This document shows, one piece after another, positions 38,516 to 48,596 of a DNA stretch of 64,000 bases; position 1 is the first letter of the stretch; each line of letters opens with the position of its first letter. This stretch comes from Candidatus Poseidoniaceae archaeon. Its GTDB lineage: Archaea > Thermoplasmatota > Poseidoniia > Poseidoniales > Poseidoniaceae. Below the pieces are notes generated by a model. The model was not told where the DNA came from, did not search any database, and saw only the letters and a list, made by a program, of their open reading frames with translations. The stretch lies in contig JAPKFC010000002.1 of assembly GCA_028821785.1 (NCBI GenBank), positions 2,929 to 66,928 of the forward strand. Direction: 5' to 3'. A program made the position numbers and the translations under genes.

Positions 38516-39188
38516 TATGGGACGTCGTCGTGAAGAGAAAGTAGACGTGGAAGAACTAGCCCGTCTTGAATCTCCTGAGGGAGGAACAGGCGGCAAAATA
38601 CGTGTTAAGATGCCAAACAAAAAGGTCAACGAAATGTTTGCCTTAGCAGATCAAATTCTCGGAGGCCGTCGTGTTTCAGTATTGTGCGCAGATGGTGAGA
38701 CTAGAATGGCTCGGATACCAGGTAAAATGCGTCGCCGGCAATGGGTTCGTGAAGGAGACTTGATTATCGTATGGCCTTGGGATTTCCAAGATGCTAAAGC
38801 AGATGTCAAGCATAGATATAGCAAGACTCAATCCATGTATCTCTCACGAAAAGGAGTACTTCCTGAATCAGTAGATGTGTTCGGAATGAATACTCGCCAA
38901 GATGATGATGATGAATTCGATGACCTATTTGGTAATGCATCAGAAATGGAAGAACTCTCACTGAAAAGTGAGGCTGCGGTAGAAGAAACCGCTGCCGATG
39001 AAGCAGAAGATATGTTCGAAGATGATGATGACGATTCAGATGACTTGTTTGCAAGTGATGAAGAAGAATCCACTGTCGAAGAAGCAGAAGTCACAGAAGT
39101 CGCGGAAGAATCACCTCAAGAGATTGAAGAAGAACCAGTTGACGATGATGATGACGATGACGATGATATCGACGCATTATTCGCTTGA
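38516..39188 (+). CDS. eif1a: translation initiation factor aIF-1A with a ~110-aa poly-acidic C-terminal extension
   Basis: KIRVKMPNKKVNEMFALADQILGGRRVSVLCADGETRMARIPGKMRRRQWVREGDLIIVWPWDFQD is the S1-like aIF-1A core. ATG at 38516 is preceded by AGGTG. The C-terminus is D/E-rich and ends DDDDDDDDIDALFA. Confidence 0.8.
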
Positions 39189-39243
39189 ATAGGCGGCGCT
39201 TTGATGATGTATTGCTATGCTAGGCAATCATAGGTGAGGCACA

Positions 39244-40248
39244 ATGAGTTCGGATGACTGGGAAGATTTGACGTCAAACACTCGTCAGCATCGCCATAAC
39301 CGGAAAAAGAATCGGGACAGTAAGGTCACTGATAGGCAAAAAGAGGAAGAACAGTTTGATGAACGCCAATCAAAGAAATTTCTCAATGATTTGGAGACCA
39401 AATCTGGCCGATATGGCTGGATGAAAGAAACCCGTCACAAGAGAATGTTTCGTGATATTGAATCCAAACTTCAAGGCGTTATTGGCAAGGGCAGTTATGA
39501 TTGGGTAGACCGTCGTGTTTTCGATCAAGTTTTTGACCGATTAACATTGATGTCATTGTATAAATTGATGAAGACTGGAGTAATTGATACCCTTGATTTC
39601 CCAATCGCTAGAGGGAAAGAAGCACACGTTTTTCATGCAACTGATGTGGATGGAAAAGTGGTTGCAGTCAAAATATTTCATACCTCAAACGCCGTCTTCA
39701 AGAATTTAATACAGTATATCGAAGGCGATAGAAGATTTGGAGGATTACGCCGTCGACATAGAGATTTAGTAGATATCTGGGTAAGAAAGGAACACAGTAA
39801 TTTGACAAGACTTTCTCGTTGGGGATTGAAAGTTCCAAAACCATTGGGGATCCATAAAAACGTCCTAGTGATGGAGTATTTGGGCGACGAAACATCACCT
39901 AGTCTGAAATTAAGAGAAGTAAAAGTAGATTTTCCAGAGCCTGTTTATGATGAATTACTGGAGTTTTTAGCGGTGACATGGCAAAAAGCAAAACTTGCCC
40001 ACGGTGATTTTTCACCATACAATATCTTGTGGCATGATGGAGGGCCTGTTGTAATAGATGTGGGCCAAGCGGTAATAGAAACTCATCCTAAAGCCCAAGA
40101 ATTCCTCGTAAGAGATGTCACTAGACTGGTTGAATGGGGTCTGAAGCAGGGACTTGAGGTTGATTTAGCCGGTGCTATGTATGAAGTGTTGAATATGAAT
40201 CTCGACCATATTAAAAAATCAGAAATAGAATTTGAGGAAGAAGAATAA
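39244..40248 (+). CDS. rio1: RIO-type serine/threonine protein kinase Rio1
   Basis: GKEAHVFHA, VAVKIFHTS, LVMEYLG and HGDFSPYNILW (catalytic loop) match RIO kinase motifs. There is a basic N-terminal extension. Confidence 0.85.
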   Translation: MSSDDWEDLTSNTRQHRHNRKKNRDSKVTDRQKEEEQFDERQSKKFLNDLETKSGRYGWMKETRHKRMFRDIESKLQGVIGKGSYDWVDRRVFDQVFDRLTLMSLYKLMKTGVIDTLDFPIARGKEAHVFHATDVDGKVVAVKIFHTSNAVFKNLIQYIEGDRRFGGLRRRHRDLVDIWVRKEHSNLTRLSRWGLKVPKPLGIHKNVLVMEYLGDETSPSLKLREVKVDFPEPVYDELLEFLAVTWQKAKLAHGDFSPYNILWHDGGPVVIDVGQAVIETHPKAQEFLVRDVTRLVEWGLKQGLEVDLAGAMYEVLNMNLDHIKKSEIEFEEEE

Positions 40249-40249
40249 A

Positions 40250-40996
40250 TTACTCTTCTTCTGAATATGTGATGCTTTCATCATCATCTAATTCCATCAT
40301 TAACTCAACACCTTCTAAATCTTCAGGGTCAACTTGAGAAGCGCGCATTCTTCTATTGCGCTTATTACTCAAATCCGCAAGACCAGGCACTAGGTTTTCA
40401 AACACAGTTTCACCAGACACTTCGCCTTTAATTTCGATACTATCCAAACTACGGCTAGCTAATTTTGACCTACGTCTGTCCTTTTCTAGGAAGTTCAAAA
40501 CTGTACCATGCTCAGCACCACCGGCAATCATTTCAATCGCAACTCTTGCTGCTGCCAATCCTTCTTCATGACCTACTAAAACAACGGTTGACTTGTAAAT
40601 AGTGATTTCAGTATTTGTTAATCCTTCAATCAACTTTCTGATTTTCCCTTCGCTTCCGATAATTCTAGCGCGAATTCTCCGTTGTTGATTTGCTCTTTTA
40701 CCAACGTATCCACGCAATTCAACCAACTCAAAGAAGTGGTCATCTTGGAGTAATCTAATCGCTGCCATAGGCGCCATTCCTCTACCGATTGCTTTGATAA
40801 CATCTGGTAATTTCATTGCCTTAACCGGATCGTAAGAACCAGGTTCGCCCCAAAGAACCTCTACATCACCTGTCTCGGAATCAATTTTGAACTCCTTACA
40901 GCCTGAAGCCTTATGCAATGACCTTGCAGTAACCCCTTTTACTCCAATAAGAACCGCAATACGGCCTTGCGGGACACGAGGAAGAGATTGGCGCAT
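40250..40996 (-). CDS. KH-domain RNA-binding protein (archaeal Dim2/Krr1-like) with an acidic C-terminal tail
   Basis: Two KH GxxG loops (LIGVKGVTARS and IIGSEGKIRKLIE). It is adjacent to rio1 and eif1a. Confidence 0.65.
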   Translation of the reverse strand: MRQSLPRVPQGRIAVLIGVKGVTARSLHKASGCKEFKIDSETGDVEVLWGEPGSYDPVKAMKLPDVIKAIGRGMAPMAAIRLLQDDHFFELVELRGYVGKRANQQRRIRARIIGSEGKIRKLIEGLTNTEITIYKSTVVLVGHEEGLAAARVAIEMIAGGAEHGTVLNFLEKDRRRSKLASRSLDSIEIKGEVSGETVFENLVPGLADLSNKRNRRMRASQVDPEDLEGVELMMELDDDESITYSEEE

Positions 40997-41022
40997 AAGG
41001 CGAGGCTACCGCCTCCCTCATT

Positions 41023-42840
41023 TCAAGCGTTGGTTCTTCTTTGGAGGTATGAAATCGCGATTCCAGCGAATAATAGTGCGATTATTGAGGGTGCGAAAGA
41101 AGGCACTAACCCCGCACTTGTTATCGCTGCACCAGTGACTACCATGTGATTGTAATTATTTCCTTCATCATACTCATCGACTACATTGGCATAGTCTATC
41201 ACTAAGCGCAAATCGTATTGACCTGTTTTTGGAACTGTATAATTCCATATCATAGATTCAGTAGAATCTGAAAGACTTCCTGAGCCAAGAGTTCTTGCTT
41301 CCATCACCGTCCATTGTACAGTGGAAGAACGATCGGCTGGTGCAGATTCAAGTCTAACTACTACACTACCACCATAGTCCTGATTACTTTCCAAAACACT
41401 GGTTATTGTGACATTTCCAAAACTTTCACCAGGCCTTACCACTAACCTATCCAGATTAGTTTCAGTTTCATTCCAGTACAAGTCTAATCCCGGAAGAATT
41501 TGATATGATGCTGGTGCAGTTGTAATAGAGTTGCCAGCAATATCGTAAACCACTGCTTGAAGCATTAGATGTTGACGAGACTTTGTCGCCCAATTAGATA
41601 ATCCAATAGTGCCATCAAGACCACTGGTACCCAAAGTAATCCACCGTCCAGAAAGGTCGGGTGTTTGCCCAACTCCATTAGAGTCAAATCCATATTGAAT
41701 ATATGAGGCAGTTGTATCAATTCCAGATTGTCCATCAATGGCGCTGAAGGAAACATTGGCACCACCGACTTTACTGGTGGTCAATTCATCAACAGTCCAG
41801 CCAATCGCTTCAGGGTCGGTTGCATCGACTCTAATTGTAATCGTATCACTTGGTCCAGTATTTCCTACATTGTCAATTGCTCTAAATGCGATATTATGGA
41901 TTCCTTCAATCATTGTCAAAGTGGTTGAATCATTGTAAACAGAATTCCAAGTAACGCCAATATCATCAGACCATTCAACATGGCTAACACCACTGCCTTG
42001 AGCGTCATCGCTTCCAGAGATTAGACCGGATAGGGTGACAGTAGTACTCTGCTGCCATGAAGAACCATCTCCAATCGATACAGAACCGATACTAGGCCCC
42101 GTTCTATCAATTCCGATGAATATTGTAGAGGAGTTTGAAAGTCCGGAATTATCATAGACAGTTAGCCGAGGGTTCGAAGAACCTTCAGACATATTGCCAC
42201 TAGCCCAATCCCAGCCATAGCTGAGAGTCCCTGGTCCATCTGCAAGCGGAGCACTAGGTCCTGGGGCGTTGGTTAGTGTTGCTCGTTTCAGATCATCATC
42301 AATAGCGCCCCAACGAAATGAAATCGCTTCATTGGATTCAATATTGAACCATGCTCTATCGGTAACGGAATCCCCAGTTCCATAATCAGGATTCAAAACT
42401 TTGAAAATAGTTATTTCGGGAATGTGATTAGCAATATTGAATTCTCCACTGAGTGCGGTTGTTGTATTTGCTACATCATCATCCCATGCAGTAGCTCTTA
42501 GTGTGTAATTGCCATTCGTATACGCAGTCGAATCAAAATGTTTCAACCATGGGGTGCTGGTCAAGTTTGTTACTAGATTCCATGAACCAGAATCTAATAT
42601 CTCAATTAATATTGAAGAAATATTACCAGTTCCACTCAATGTAAAAGTAAGGGTGTGTAAACCTGTAATGTTGTCATCTACATTTGGTCCATTACTGAAT
42701 GCAATACTTGTATTAGAGGGTGAATTATTTACTATAATCGCATCTGGTAAAGTGCCAATCTCATCATTAGAATTTAATAATGGAGAGACAAGACTAGCGA
42801 GTAGAAAAACAAGTGCGATACTCACTGCCCTCCCCTGCAT
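41023..42840 (-). CDS. secreted surface protein with Ig/PKD-like repeats and a C-terminal TM anchor
   Basis: Signal peptide MQGRAVSIALVFLLASLVSP. The C-terminus SIIALLFAGIAISYLQRRTNA is a TM helix plus basic tail. Confidence 0.6.
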   Translation of the reverse strand: MQGRAVSIALVFLLASLVSPLLNSNDEIGTLPDAIIVNNSPSNTSIAFSNGPNVDDNITGLHTLTFTLSGTGNISSILIEILDSGSWNLVTNLTSTPWLKHFDSTAYTNGNYTLRATAWDDDVANTTTALSGEFNIANHIPEITIFKVLNPDYGTGDSVTDRAWFNIESNEAISFRWGAIDDDLKRATLTNAPGPSAPLADGPGTLSYGWDWASGNMSEGSSNPRLTVYDNSGLSNSSTIFIGIDRTGPSIGSVSIGDGSSWQQSTTVTLSGLISGSDDAQGSGVSHVEWSDDIGVTWNSVYNDSTTLTMIEGIHNIAFRAIDNVGNTGPSDTITIRVDATDPEAIGWTVDELTTSKVGGANVSFSAIDGQSGIDTTASYIQYGFDSNGVGQTPDLSGRWITLGTSGLDGTIGLSNWATKSRQHLMLQAVVYDIAGNSITTAPASYQILPGLDLYWNETETNLDRLVVRPGESFGNVTITSVLESNQDYGGSVVVRLESAPADRSSTVQWTVMEARTLGSGSLSDSTESMIWNYTVPKTGQYDLRLVIDYANVVDEYDEGNNYNHMVVTGAAITSAGLVPSFAPSIIALLFAGIAISYLQRRTNA

Positions 42841-43045
42841 ACTCTAGAGACGTTCGGGCTCAGCCTTCAATGCTACCCCTAGAAATGCTTCTTTTGACGA
42901 TTAAGTGAAGGTTACAATCTTTACCAACATCATAATTCCATAGCATCGTATGTATTTTGGCGAGCCAAAGAATCTCCAACACTTGGCAACTATAGGCATA
43001 GATTTGAGATGGGTTCAAGTGCTACGCAATACCACGCTTAGATAC

Positions 43046-45838
43046 ATGGCGAAAGAGTTGAAGTCCATACTGGTCGTAGTATTGTTGGCTCTGACAATAA
43101 TTCCTCTCTCAGTTTCGGCGGAAACTAGTGGTGGCATTCAGGCCTCACCATCTACTTTGAGTATATTGCCGACCTCTCCCCAAGCCGGTGACTCAATCAC
43201 TATTTTGCTAACACTTTACAACTCTCAACAATCCGATGCTTTCAATGTAGAATACTCCTTTTTCAAGGATGAAATAAGTTCTGAGAAGAGGATTGTAACG
43301 AATACTGTCAATATCCTCGGTGGATCAACTGCTGATGTTAGTGCAACATGGAATTCACTAACTGAAGGAACTCACAAAGTGTGGGTTACATTTTCTCATA
43401 ACGGTGATACTGAGGCATCATTTTACCTAGAGTTCGTAGTGACGGGGTTACCAAACCTGCAAATTGCTGAAACGGCATTATCTCCTGCAACTGATATTAA
43501 ATCCGGAGAGACGGTTACAGCATCAACTCGTATTACCAATACTGGTAGCGTTAATGCATCAGCCAGCACTCTTCATTTTTCAACATCCAGCGGTGAACAA
43601 CAATTTTTGCCAACTCCAGCAATAACCGCAGGTCAATCACAATGGGTTAACACCACATTTATTGCACCACAAAGTGGAACTCATACCATCTATCTCAATC
43701 CCGATTATTATGAAGAAATACACGAAGCATCTGAGATAAACAAAATTGTTGAACAATCTTTGTTAGTTGAGACCAGAATGGATGTCTATCATATTGGAGA
43801 CCTGACGATAAGTGTTGAAGAAGACGATTTAGAAGGCCCATGGACCATTGAAGGAACGCTGGGTAGAACCAATGGAACTGGAACTACTGAAGTCCAACTA
43901 CGTCTAGAGATTCCAACCGATAATGGTGGATTGCTAATGATGCCTCCATTTACTGTAAATCTCTCAGGCGCAGGATATGCAGAAAAGTCATGGAGTCAAG
44001 TACTGACGATTAATGATCTAGCTTCATTGAGCGATGGTCCTCATATTGTGACGGCACAAATAGACCCATTCAATTCAGGTAACTTCGTTCAAGAATCAAC
44101 AGATAATGATAGAACATCAGGCCAGATATCCATTTATCCAATTCCAGATATTTTTGTCGATGGAGATGCAATACCTTCTTCTTCATCGATTGCTTCAGGT
44201 GAAGATGTAACCTGGAGAGTTAGTATTTCCAATGTAGGAGATATCCAAGTGCGAGGAAGAATAGTTTACACTTGGGAAGGCGTCCAAAGTCAATCAGACT
44301 GGATCTATATCGATGCAAGTGCAACCCAACCATGGGATATTACATTGACCACATTAATCGGTTCACACTCAGCAGAATTTGAAGCACAATGGGTCCCACA
44401 TACAACCAGTTGGGATAGTAATCCATTGAATAGTCTGGCTACAGGTAGTATTTCTGTTGAGGCTCCATTGCGGTTGCAATGGGTCTATACATCTATTTCA
44501 TTGACTGATATAACTGGAAATACCGCCTCACAACCGTTGCAAGGCGGAGATTCATACACATTGTCAATTAATATGACGAGTATTGAAACTGGTAATGTGT
44601 CATTCGATTGTAAAGATGGTTCTGGAACTTTGTTAGAGACAATGTTTGTAACTATAGAAGAGAGAGGAGACAGAGCCTCAGTTTCCTGTAACTTCGTCGC
44701 TTCATCGCCAATTAGCACACTCCGAATTTCACCATCTGACATCACAGTTACTAGTACGTTTACGCGTGCCTTCCCAACTGTTGCTACCGATGATGGTGCA
44801 ACAGATGCTGAAACATCCGCTAAGGGTACAATGGTTTTGCTTGGAGGCGGTGTTCTTGGGTTGATCGCATTACTAGTAGTGGCATATATTCTTACCAGAG
44901 AAAGAGAAGAAGAAGTGGAAAGAGATATTTTCGATTATTGCCCATCATGTGATGGTGAATTAGAAGGGGTCGAAGACCGCTGTCCACATTGCTCATTCAA
45001 CCTTAAGAAAGCAAGAAAGCAATTCCATGATTGTCATGAATGTTCAGAATCTATTCCAGATTTGATGGAAGATTGCCCGTATTGTGGTGCTAAGCAAGAT
45101 GTGTCGTCATTCTTTGAGCAACGTCAAAGAAGAGTTGTAGAGGAGAAAGAACTTATTCCTATTGAGGAAGAGGATGATGAAGATGAAATTGTTACAGGAA
45201 CAGAAGACTTTGCATCGACAGTTCAAGAATTTGGTTATGATGAAGATGATCTCGGGCAAGAATGGGATAAGAATTTGAAGAGTGCTGAGGAAGAAGTTGA
45301 AGCTGCATACGATAGAAAACATGCAGATGAATTAGCGCTTGAAGGCCTCACAGAAGAAGAGATTGAAGAATTGAAGAGCGAGGTTACAACGACACTCACG
45401 AGCGCTAAAGATGCCGCAGTTGGTGTCGGAATTGACGAGATGCTCGGAGGTCGTGAACTCCATGCGCACTTGGATGATGGAGAAGATCTATCGGCAAGTG
45501 ATGCAGGAATTAGAGAGCAAATATTCAATGTTACAGGTGAAGATGGAGTTCTACCAGGAGACAAGTTTGAAGTTGGAATGAGTGCAACCGATAATTCATT
45601 AGCAGGAAATGAGGTTAAAGATTCAACAACAGATTTCTCCTTTGAAGAGGATGATGCACCACTTTCAGCATCGACTATGTCCGATGCAGAAGTTGCAACT
45701 GCAAGGGAGGCGAAGAAGCCAAAACGCCGCGCCACTAAGCGAAGAGAAGATGCCTCGCAAGTAGCCGAATGTGGAGCATGTGGAGCAGATATTCCAGTTG
45801 AAGCCAATGAATGTGGTACTTGCGGTGCAAAGTTCTAA
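43046..45838 (+). CDS. large surface protein with CARDB-like repeats, a TM helix and an acidic cytoplasmic domain flanked by two zinc-ribbon clusters
   Basis: Signal peptide MAKELKSILVVVLLALTIIPLSVSA (ATG at 43046; the ORF track starts at 42950). TM helix MVLLGGGVLGLIALLVVAYIL. Cysteine clusters CPSCDGE..CPHCSF..CHECSE..CPYCG and a terminal CGACGADIPVEANECGTCGAKF. Confidence 0.65.
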   Translation: MAKELKSILVVVLLALTIIPLSVSAETSGGIQASPSTLSILPTSPQAGDSITILLTLYNSQQSDAFNVEYSFFKDEISSEKRIVTNTVNILGGSTADVSATWNSLTEGTHKVWVTFSHNGDTEASFYLEFVVTGLPNLQIAETALSPATDIKSGETVTASTRITNTGSVNASASTLHFSTSSGEQQFLPTPAITAGQSQWVNTTFIAPQSGTHTIYLNPDYYEEIHEASEINKIVEQSLLVETRMDVYHIGDLTISVEEDDLEGPWTIEGTLGRTNGTGTTEVQLRLEIPTDNGGLLMMPPFTVNLSGAGYAEKSWSQVLTINDLASLSDGPHIVTAQIDPFNSGNFVQESTDNDRTSGQISIYPIPDIFVDGDAIPSSSSIASGEDVTWRVSISNVGDIQVRGRIVYTWEGVQSQSDWIYIDASATQPWDITLTTLIGSHSAEFEAQWVPHTTSWDSNPLNSLATGSISVEAPLRLQWVYTSISLTDITGNTASQPLQGGDSYTLSINMTSIETGNVSFDCKDGSGTLLETMFVTIEERGDRASVSCNFVASSPISTLRISPSDITVTSTFTRAFPTVATDDGATDAETSAKGTMVLLGGGVLGLIALLVVAYILTREREEEVERDIFDYCPSCDGELEGVEDRCPHCSFNLKKARKQFHDCHECSESIPDLMEDCPYCGAKQDVSSFFEQRQRRVVEEKELIPIEEEDDEDEIVTGTEDFASTVQEFGYDEDDLGQEWDKNLKSAEEEVEAAYDRKHADELALEGLTEEEIEELKSEVTTTLTSAKDAAVGVGIDEMLGGRELHAHLDDGEDLSASDAGIREQIFNVTGEDGVLPGDKFEVGMSATDNSLAGNEVKDSTTDFSFEEDDAPLSASTMSDAEVATAREAKKPKRRATKRREDASQVAECGACGADIPVEANECGTCGAKF

Positions 45839-46013
45839 TGAACTGGGTATTGATTGAATGAATTGAATGTGCCCGTCGGCTTTCATAGGGTTCGTCATCG
45901 CTTTCGCTCGGCCACCATGTGCGTCATCCAGGCGATTTGAACCAATCCACTACTTGCCTTCAAAGTGCCTCAAGCGAGGGAGGTATTGAAAACAAAAGAG
46001 GGATTGGCTATAT

Positions 46014-46568
46014 TTGATGCAACAAAGAGTATTGGCAATGCTTGTGGTTTTGACAATGTTGTTGACATCAACTGTTGGTTGCTTGGGTTTGATTCCAGCC
46101 CGTGAGGCGGTTGAGGGGTTTAGAGAACCAGCAGAAGATGATTTGACCTATCAAAAGATAGATGTCTCACACACCTATACTTCCCTGGAAATACAGCCCT
46201 ATACAAACAAATCCATATTTGTTGTAGATCATTCTGTTACTGAAATTTCGATTTATTTCAAGGCATCATTTACATTCTCTGACATATTTCCACAAATTGA
46301 AAATAATACGAGATATGTTAGAGCAACATTAACTGATTCTGAAGGAGTAATCCAATGGTCTGTTGATGTCAGTTCAGATTCAGCACCGATTGAAGAAAAA
46401 CTTGAACCTAATCCTACATTTACCAAGGGTGATTGGGTATTAGATGTTGAAGCGAGAGGCATTGGTGAAGAGACGCTAGGATTAATTCATGATAATTTCA
46501 ATATTCAATTGACCATTACACAGAGATGCGTCCAATATCCAATGGAAAAATCTTGTTCAGCAGATTGA
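46014..46568 (+). CDS. hypothetical secreted protein or lipoprotein
   Basis: Signal peptide with a lipobox-like LLTSTVGC. Confidence 0.4.
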   Translation: MMQQRVLAMLVVLTMLLTSTVGCLGLIPAREAVEGFREPAEDDLTYQKIDVSHTYTSLEIQPYTNKSIFVVDHSVTEISIYFKASFTFSDIFPQIENNTRYVRATLTDSEGVIQWSVDVSSDSAPIEEKLEPNPTFTKGDWVLDVEARGIGEETLGLIHDNFNIQLTITQRCVQYPMEKSCSAD

Positions 46569-46569
46569 A

Positions 46570-47778
46570 TCAAGCCAATGCTTCAGAGCATGCATAATTG
46601 CGTGAGCAGTTTTTACATTTACCTGGCCTTTCATGGTTTCTTTTGGCATCGTTGTGGACCATCAATCTCTGGACTTCAGCAATAGCATCGAACAACATTT
46701 CTTTATTCCCATCATCCCATGAGATTTGATGCAAATCCTCATTTCCATATCTCAGAACCCCATAAGGAGCGGGTCTTTTAGTATTAATTTCTACTAAATG
46801 CAAATACGCCAAGACTTGTATCTTGTGAGAGCGGTGAGGGTGTTTTGGGACTCTTCCTGTTTTCTGTTCCACCGGAATAAACTCACCATCTACAATCACT
46901 ATCTGGTCTGGTCTTCCTCGAAGGCCGGTTATTGGATCTTTCAATAGACTCGAAGAATCTTCATTATCAGAATATGCAATTTCTGTATTTTCTTGCAAAC
47001 CAACAATTTCCCTTGCGATTTCTAATGCGTTTTCTACGAGCAGGGCTTTTTGCAATTGCCAAGAAGCGATCAGTGTCCAAGCCATTGCCAATATAGCCAA
47101 CAAGAAACCTGCTTGACTTTTGTTCTCTGCACCTACTAGGGCGATTGAATGCAGAGCCAATGCTATTGCAGACAGAAATAATGAGGCCTCTACTCGACCC
47201 GCTTCAAACCATCCACCGATAAAACCTTGAGGCTGTAATACCGATTCAATATGATATGTGTCATCTGCATGAAAATTGCTTTTTGATTTTGCAATAGTAT
47301 TCGTCCATCCAATCCATTCTCTCCATGGCAGATAAACTGCCACAACTCCAGTAATTAGAAGAGATAATGCCCAGAGTGCCAAATATCTAGCAATCGACAA
47401 AGGGGTGTGAATAACATCGTCTATCAATGAAAAAACAATAGCATCTATGATGAAAACTAAGATAACAGCAAACCACCATGACCAGATGACCATAGCCATT
47501 CGCAATTTTGCGTGTTTCTCTTGATAGTCTTTCACTTGGCCATGAATTGTGGCGTGTTTTTCGACTCCAGCTGTAATTGCTTCACCTTGGCCACGTTTCC
47601 CTTCTCGCGCTAGCGACCAAGAGAGAGGACAATATTCGTGGCGTTCCAAATCGCTGGCACTAACTCTTAACGGTTCACCATTTTGTAATCGCCAAACACC
47701 GTCCTCGTGGCGTTCAGCACCACTAAATTGGTCTGATTTAGGAGAATCTTGAGCCATCTTATTTCTCCCCGTAGGCAC
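46570..47778 (-). CDS. Cas4/RecB-family PD-(D/E)xK nuclease (DUF83-like) with an Fe-S cysteine signature and a four-helix transmembrane insertion
   Basis: N-terminal Cys (HEYCPLSW). Motif II/III VDGEFIPVEQK. QhxxY motif KIQVLAYLHL. C-terminal C-x2-C-x5-C (CKNCSRNYAC). Four hydrophobic helices lie between the N-terminal Cys region and motif II. Confidence 0.6.
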   Translation of the reverse strand: MPTGRNKMAQDSPKSDQFSGAERHEDGVWRLQNGEPLRVSASDLERHEYCPLSWSLAREGKRGQGEAITAGVEKHATIHGQVKDYQEKHAKLRMAMVIWSWWFAVILVFIIDAIVFSLIDDVIHTPLSIARYLALWALSLLITGVVAVYLPWREWIGWTNTIAKSKSNFHADDTYHIESVLQPQGFIGGWFEAGRVEASLFLSAIALALHSIALVGAENKSQAGFLLAILAMAWTLIASWQLQKALLVENALEIAREIVGLQENTEIAYSDNEDSSSLLKDPITGLRGRPDQIVIVDGEFIPVEQKTGRVPKHPHRSHKIQVLAYLHLVEINTKRPAPYGVLRYGNEDLHQISWDDGNKEMLFDAIAEVQRLMVHNDAKRNHERPGKCKNCSRNYACSEALA

Positions 47779-47916
47779 TGTGGGGGCGGGCTCTTTCTTT
47801 TATTCTCCGCCGTCGCGATTATGATGAATTCACTAAATACAGTAATTCTGTAATTACTAGTCAGTGCGAAGCGGTTTAATATGGGGGTTATGTGGGCGGC
47901 TTGCTGAGGTTTATCT

Positions 47917-48528
47917 ATGTCCGATGAAGAAGCAACATTACTGATACCGTATGAAGACTATGAGGAGAACGCCGTCAATATCGGTACTCAACAGAAAAGT
48001 GCAGATATGAAGCGATTTATTGAACGCGTTCGTGAGGATGGATTATACCTTTTGGATGTCAATATCACCGATGCTCGTATCCGTTCAATCGCTGCCTTCC
48101 TTAATAATTTTGAATCCCCTCGTATAATGGTTGTTTCAGCCCGTCAATACGGACAAAGGCCAGCCCGCCTTTTCTCAGAAGCAATCGGTGCAAATTCCGC
48201 AGTCGGTCGCTTTATTCCTGGCTCACTTACCAATCCAGTTCTTCGTTCATACGTCGAACCAGATGTTCTTTTCGTAACAGACCCTGCTGCTGACCAACAA
48301 GCATTGATCGAAGCGGTTAACTCCGGTCTTCCAATCGTAGGAATCGTGGACGCAAATAATAATCTTCGTAATGTTGACATCGCACTTCCTGCAAATAACA
48401 AAGGTCGTCGTTCTCTTGCTCAAATTTACTGGCTACTGGCCCGTGAAGTACTCAAACTTCGTGGAAAAACCACAGATGAAGATTGGGCTAAGGAACAAGA
48501 ACTTGAAGAGTGGCAATCAACTTTCTGA
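47917..48528 (+). CDS. rps2: 30S ribosomal protein S2 (uS2)
   Basis: VNIGTQQK...DGLYLLDV...VVSARQYGQRPA...FIPGSLTNP...DVLFVTDP...NNKGRRSLAQIYWLLAREVLKLRG resembles archaeal S2 throughout. Confidence 0.9.
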   Translation: MSDEEATLLIPYEDYEENAVNIGTQQKSADMKRFIERVREDGLYLLDVNITDARIRSIAAFLNNFESPRIMVVSARQYGQRPARLFSEAIGANSAVGRFIPGSLTNPVLRSYVEPDVLFVTDPAADQQALIEAVNSGLPIVGIVDANNNLRNVDIALPANNKGRRSLAQIYWLLAREVLKLRGKTTDEDWAKEQELEEWQSTF

Positions 48529-48596
48529 GCATTCTTGAATGACTCGAAAAGAGTCAACAAACTTGGCATCATCATTATTTGAATGATTTGATTACA

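Noticed and set aside
45850-45880. Short tgaat/tgaattgaatg repeats after the 42950 gene
   Set aside because: Trivial short tandem repeat in the 3' intergenic region with no further structure.
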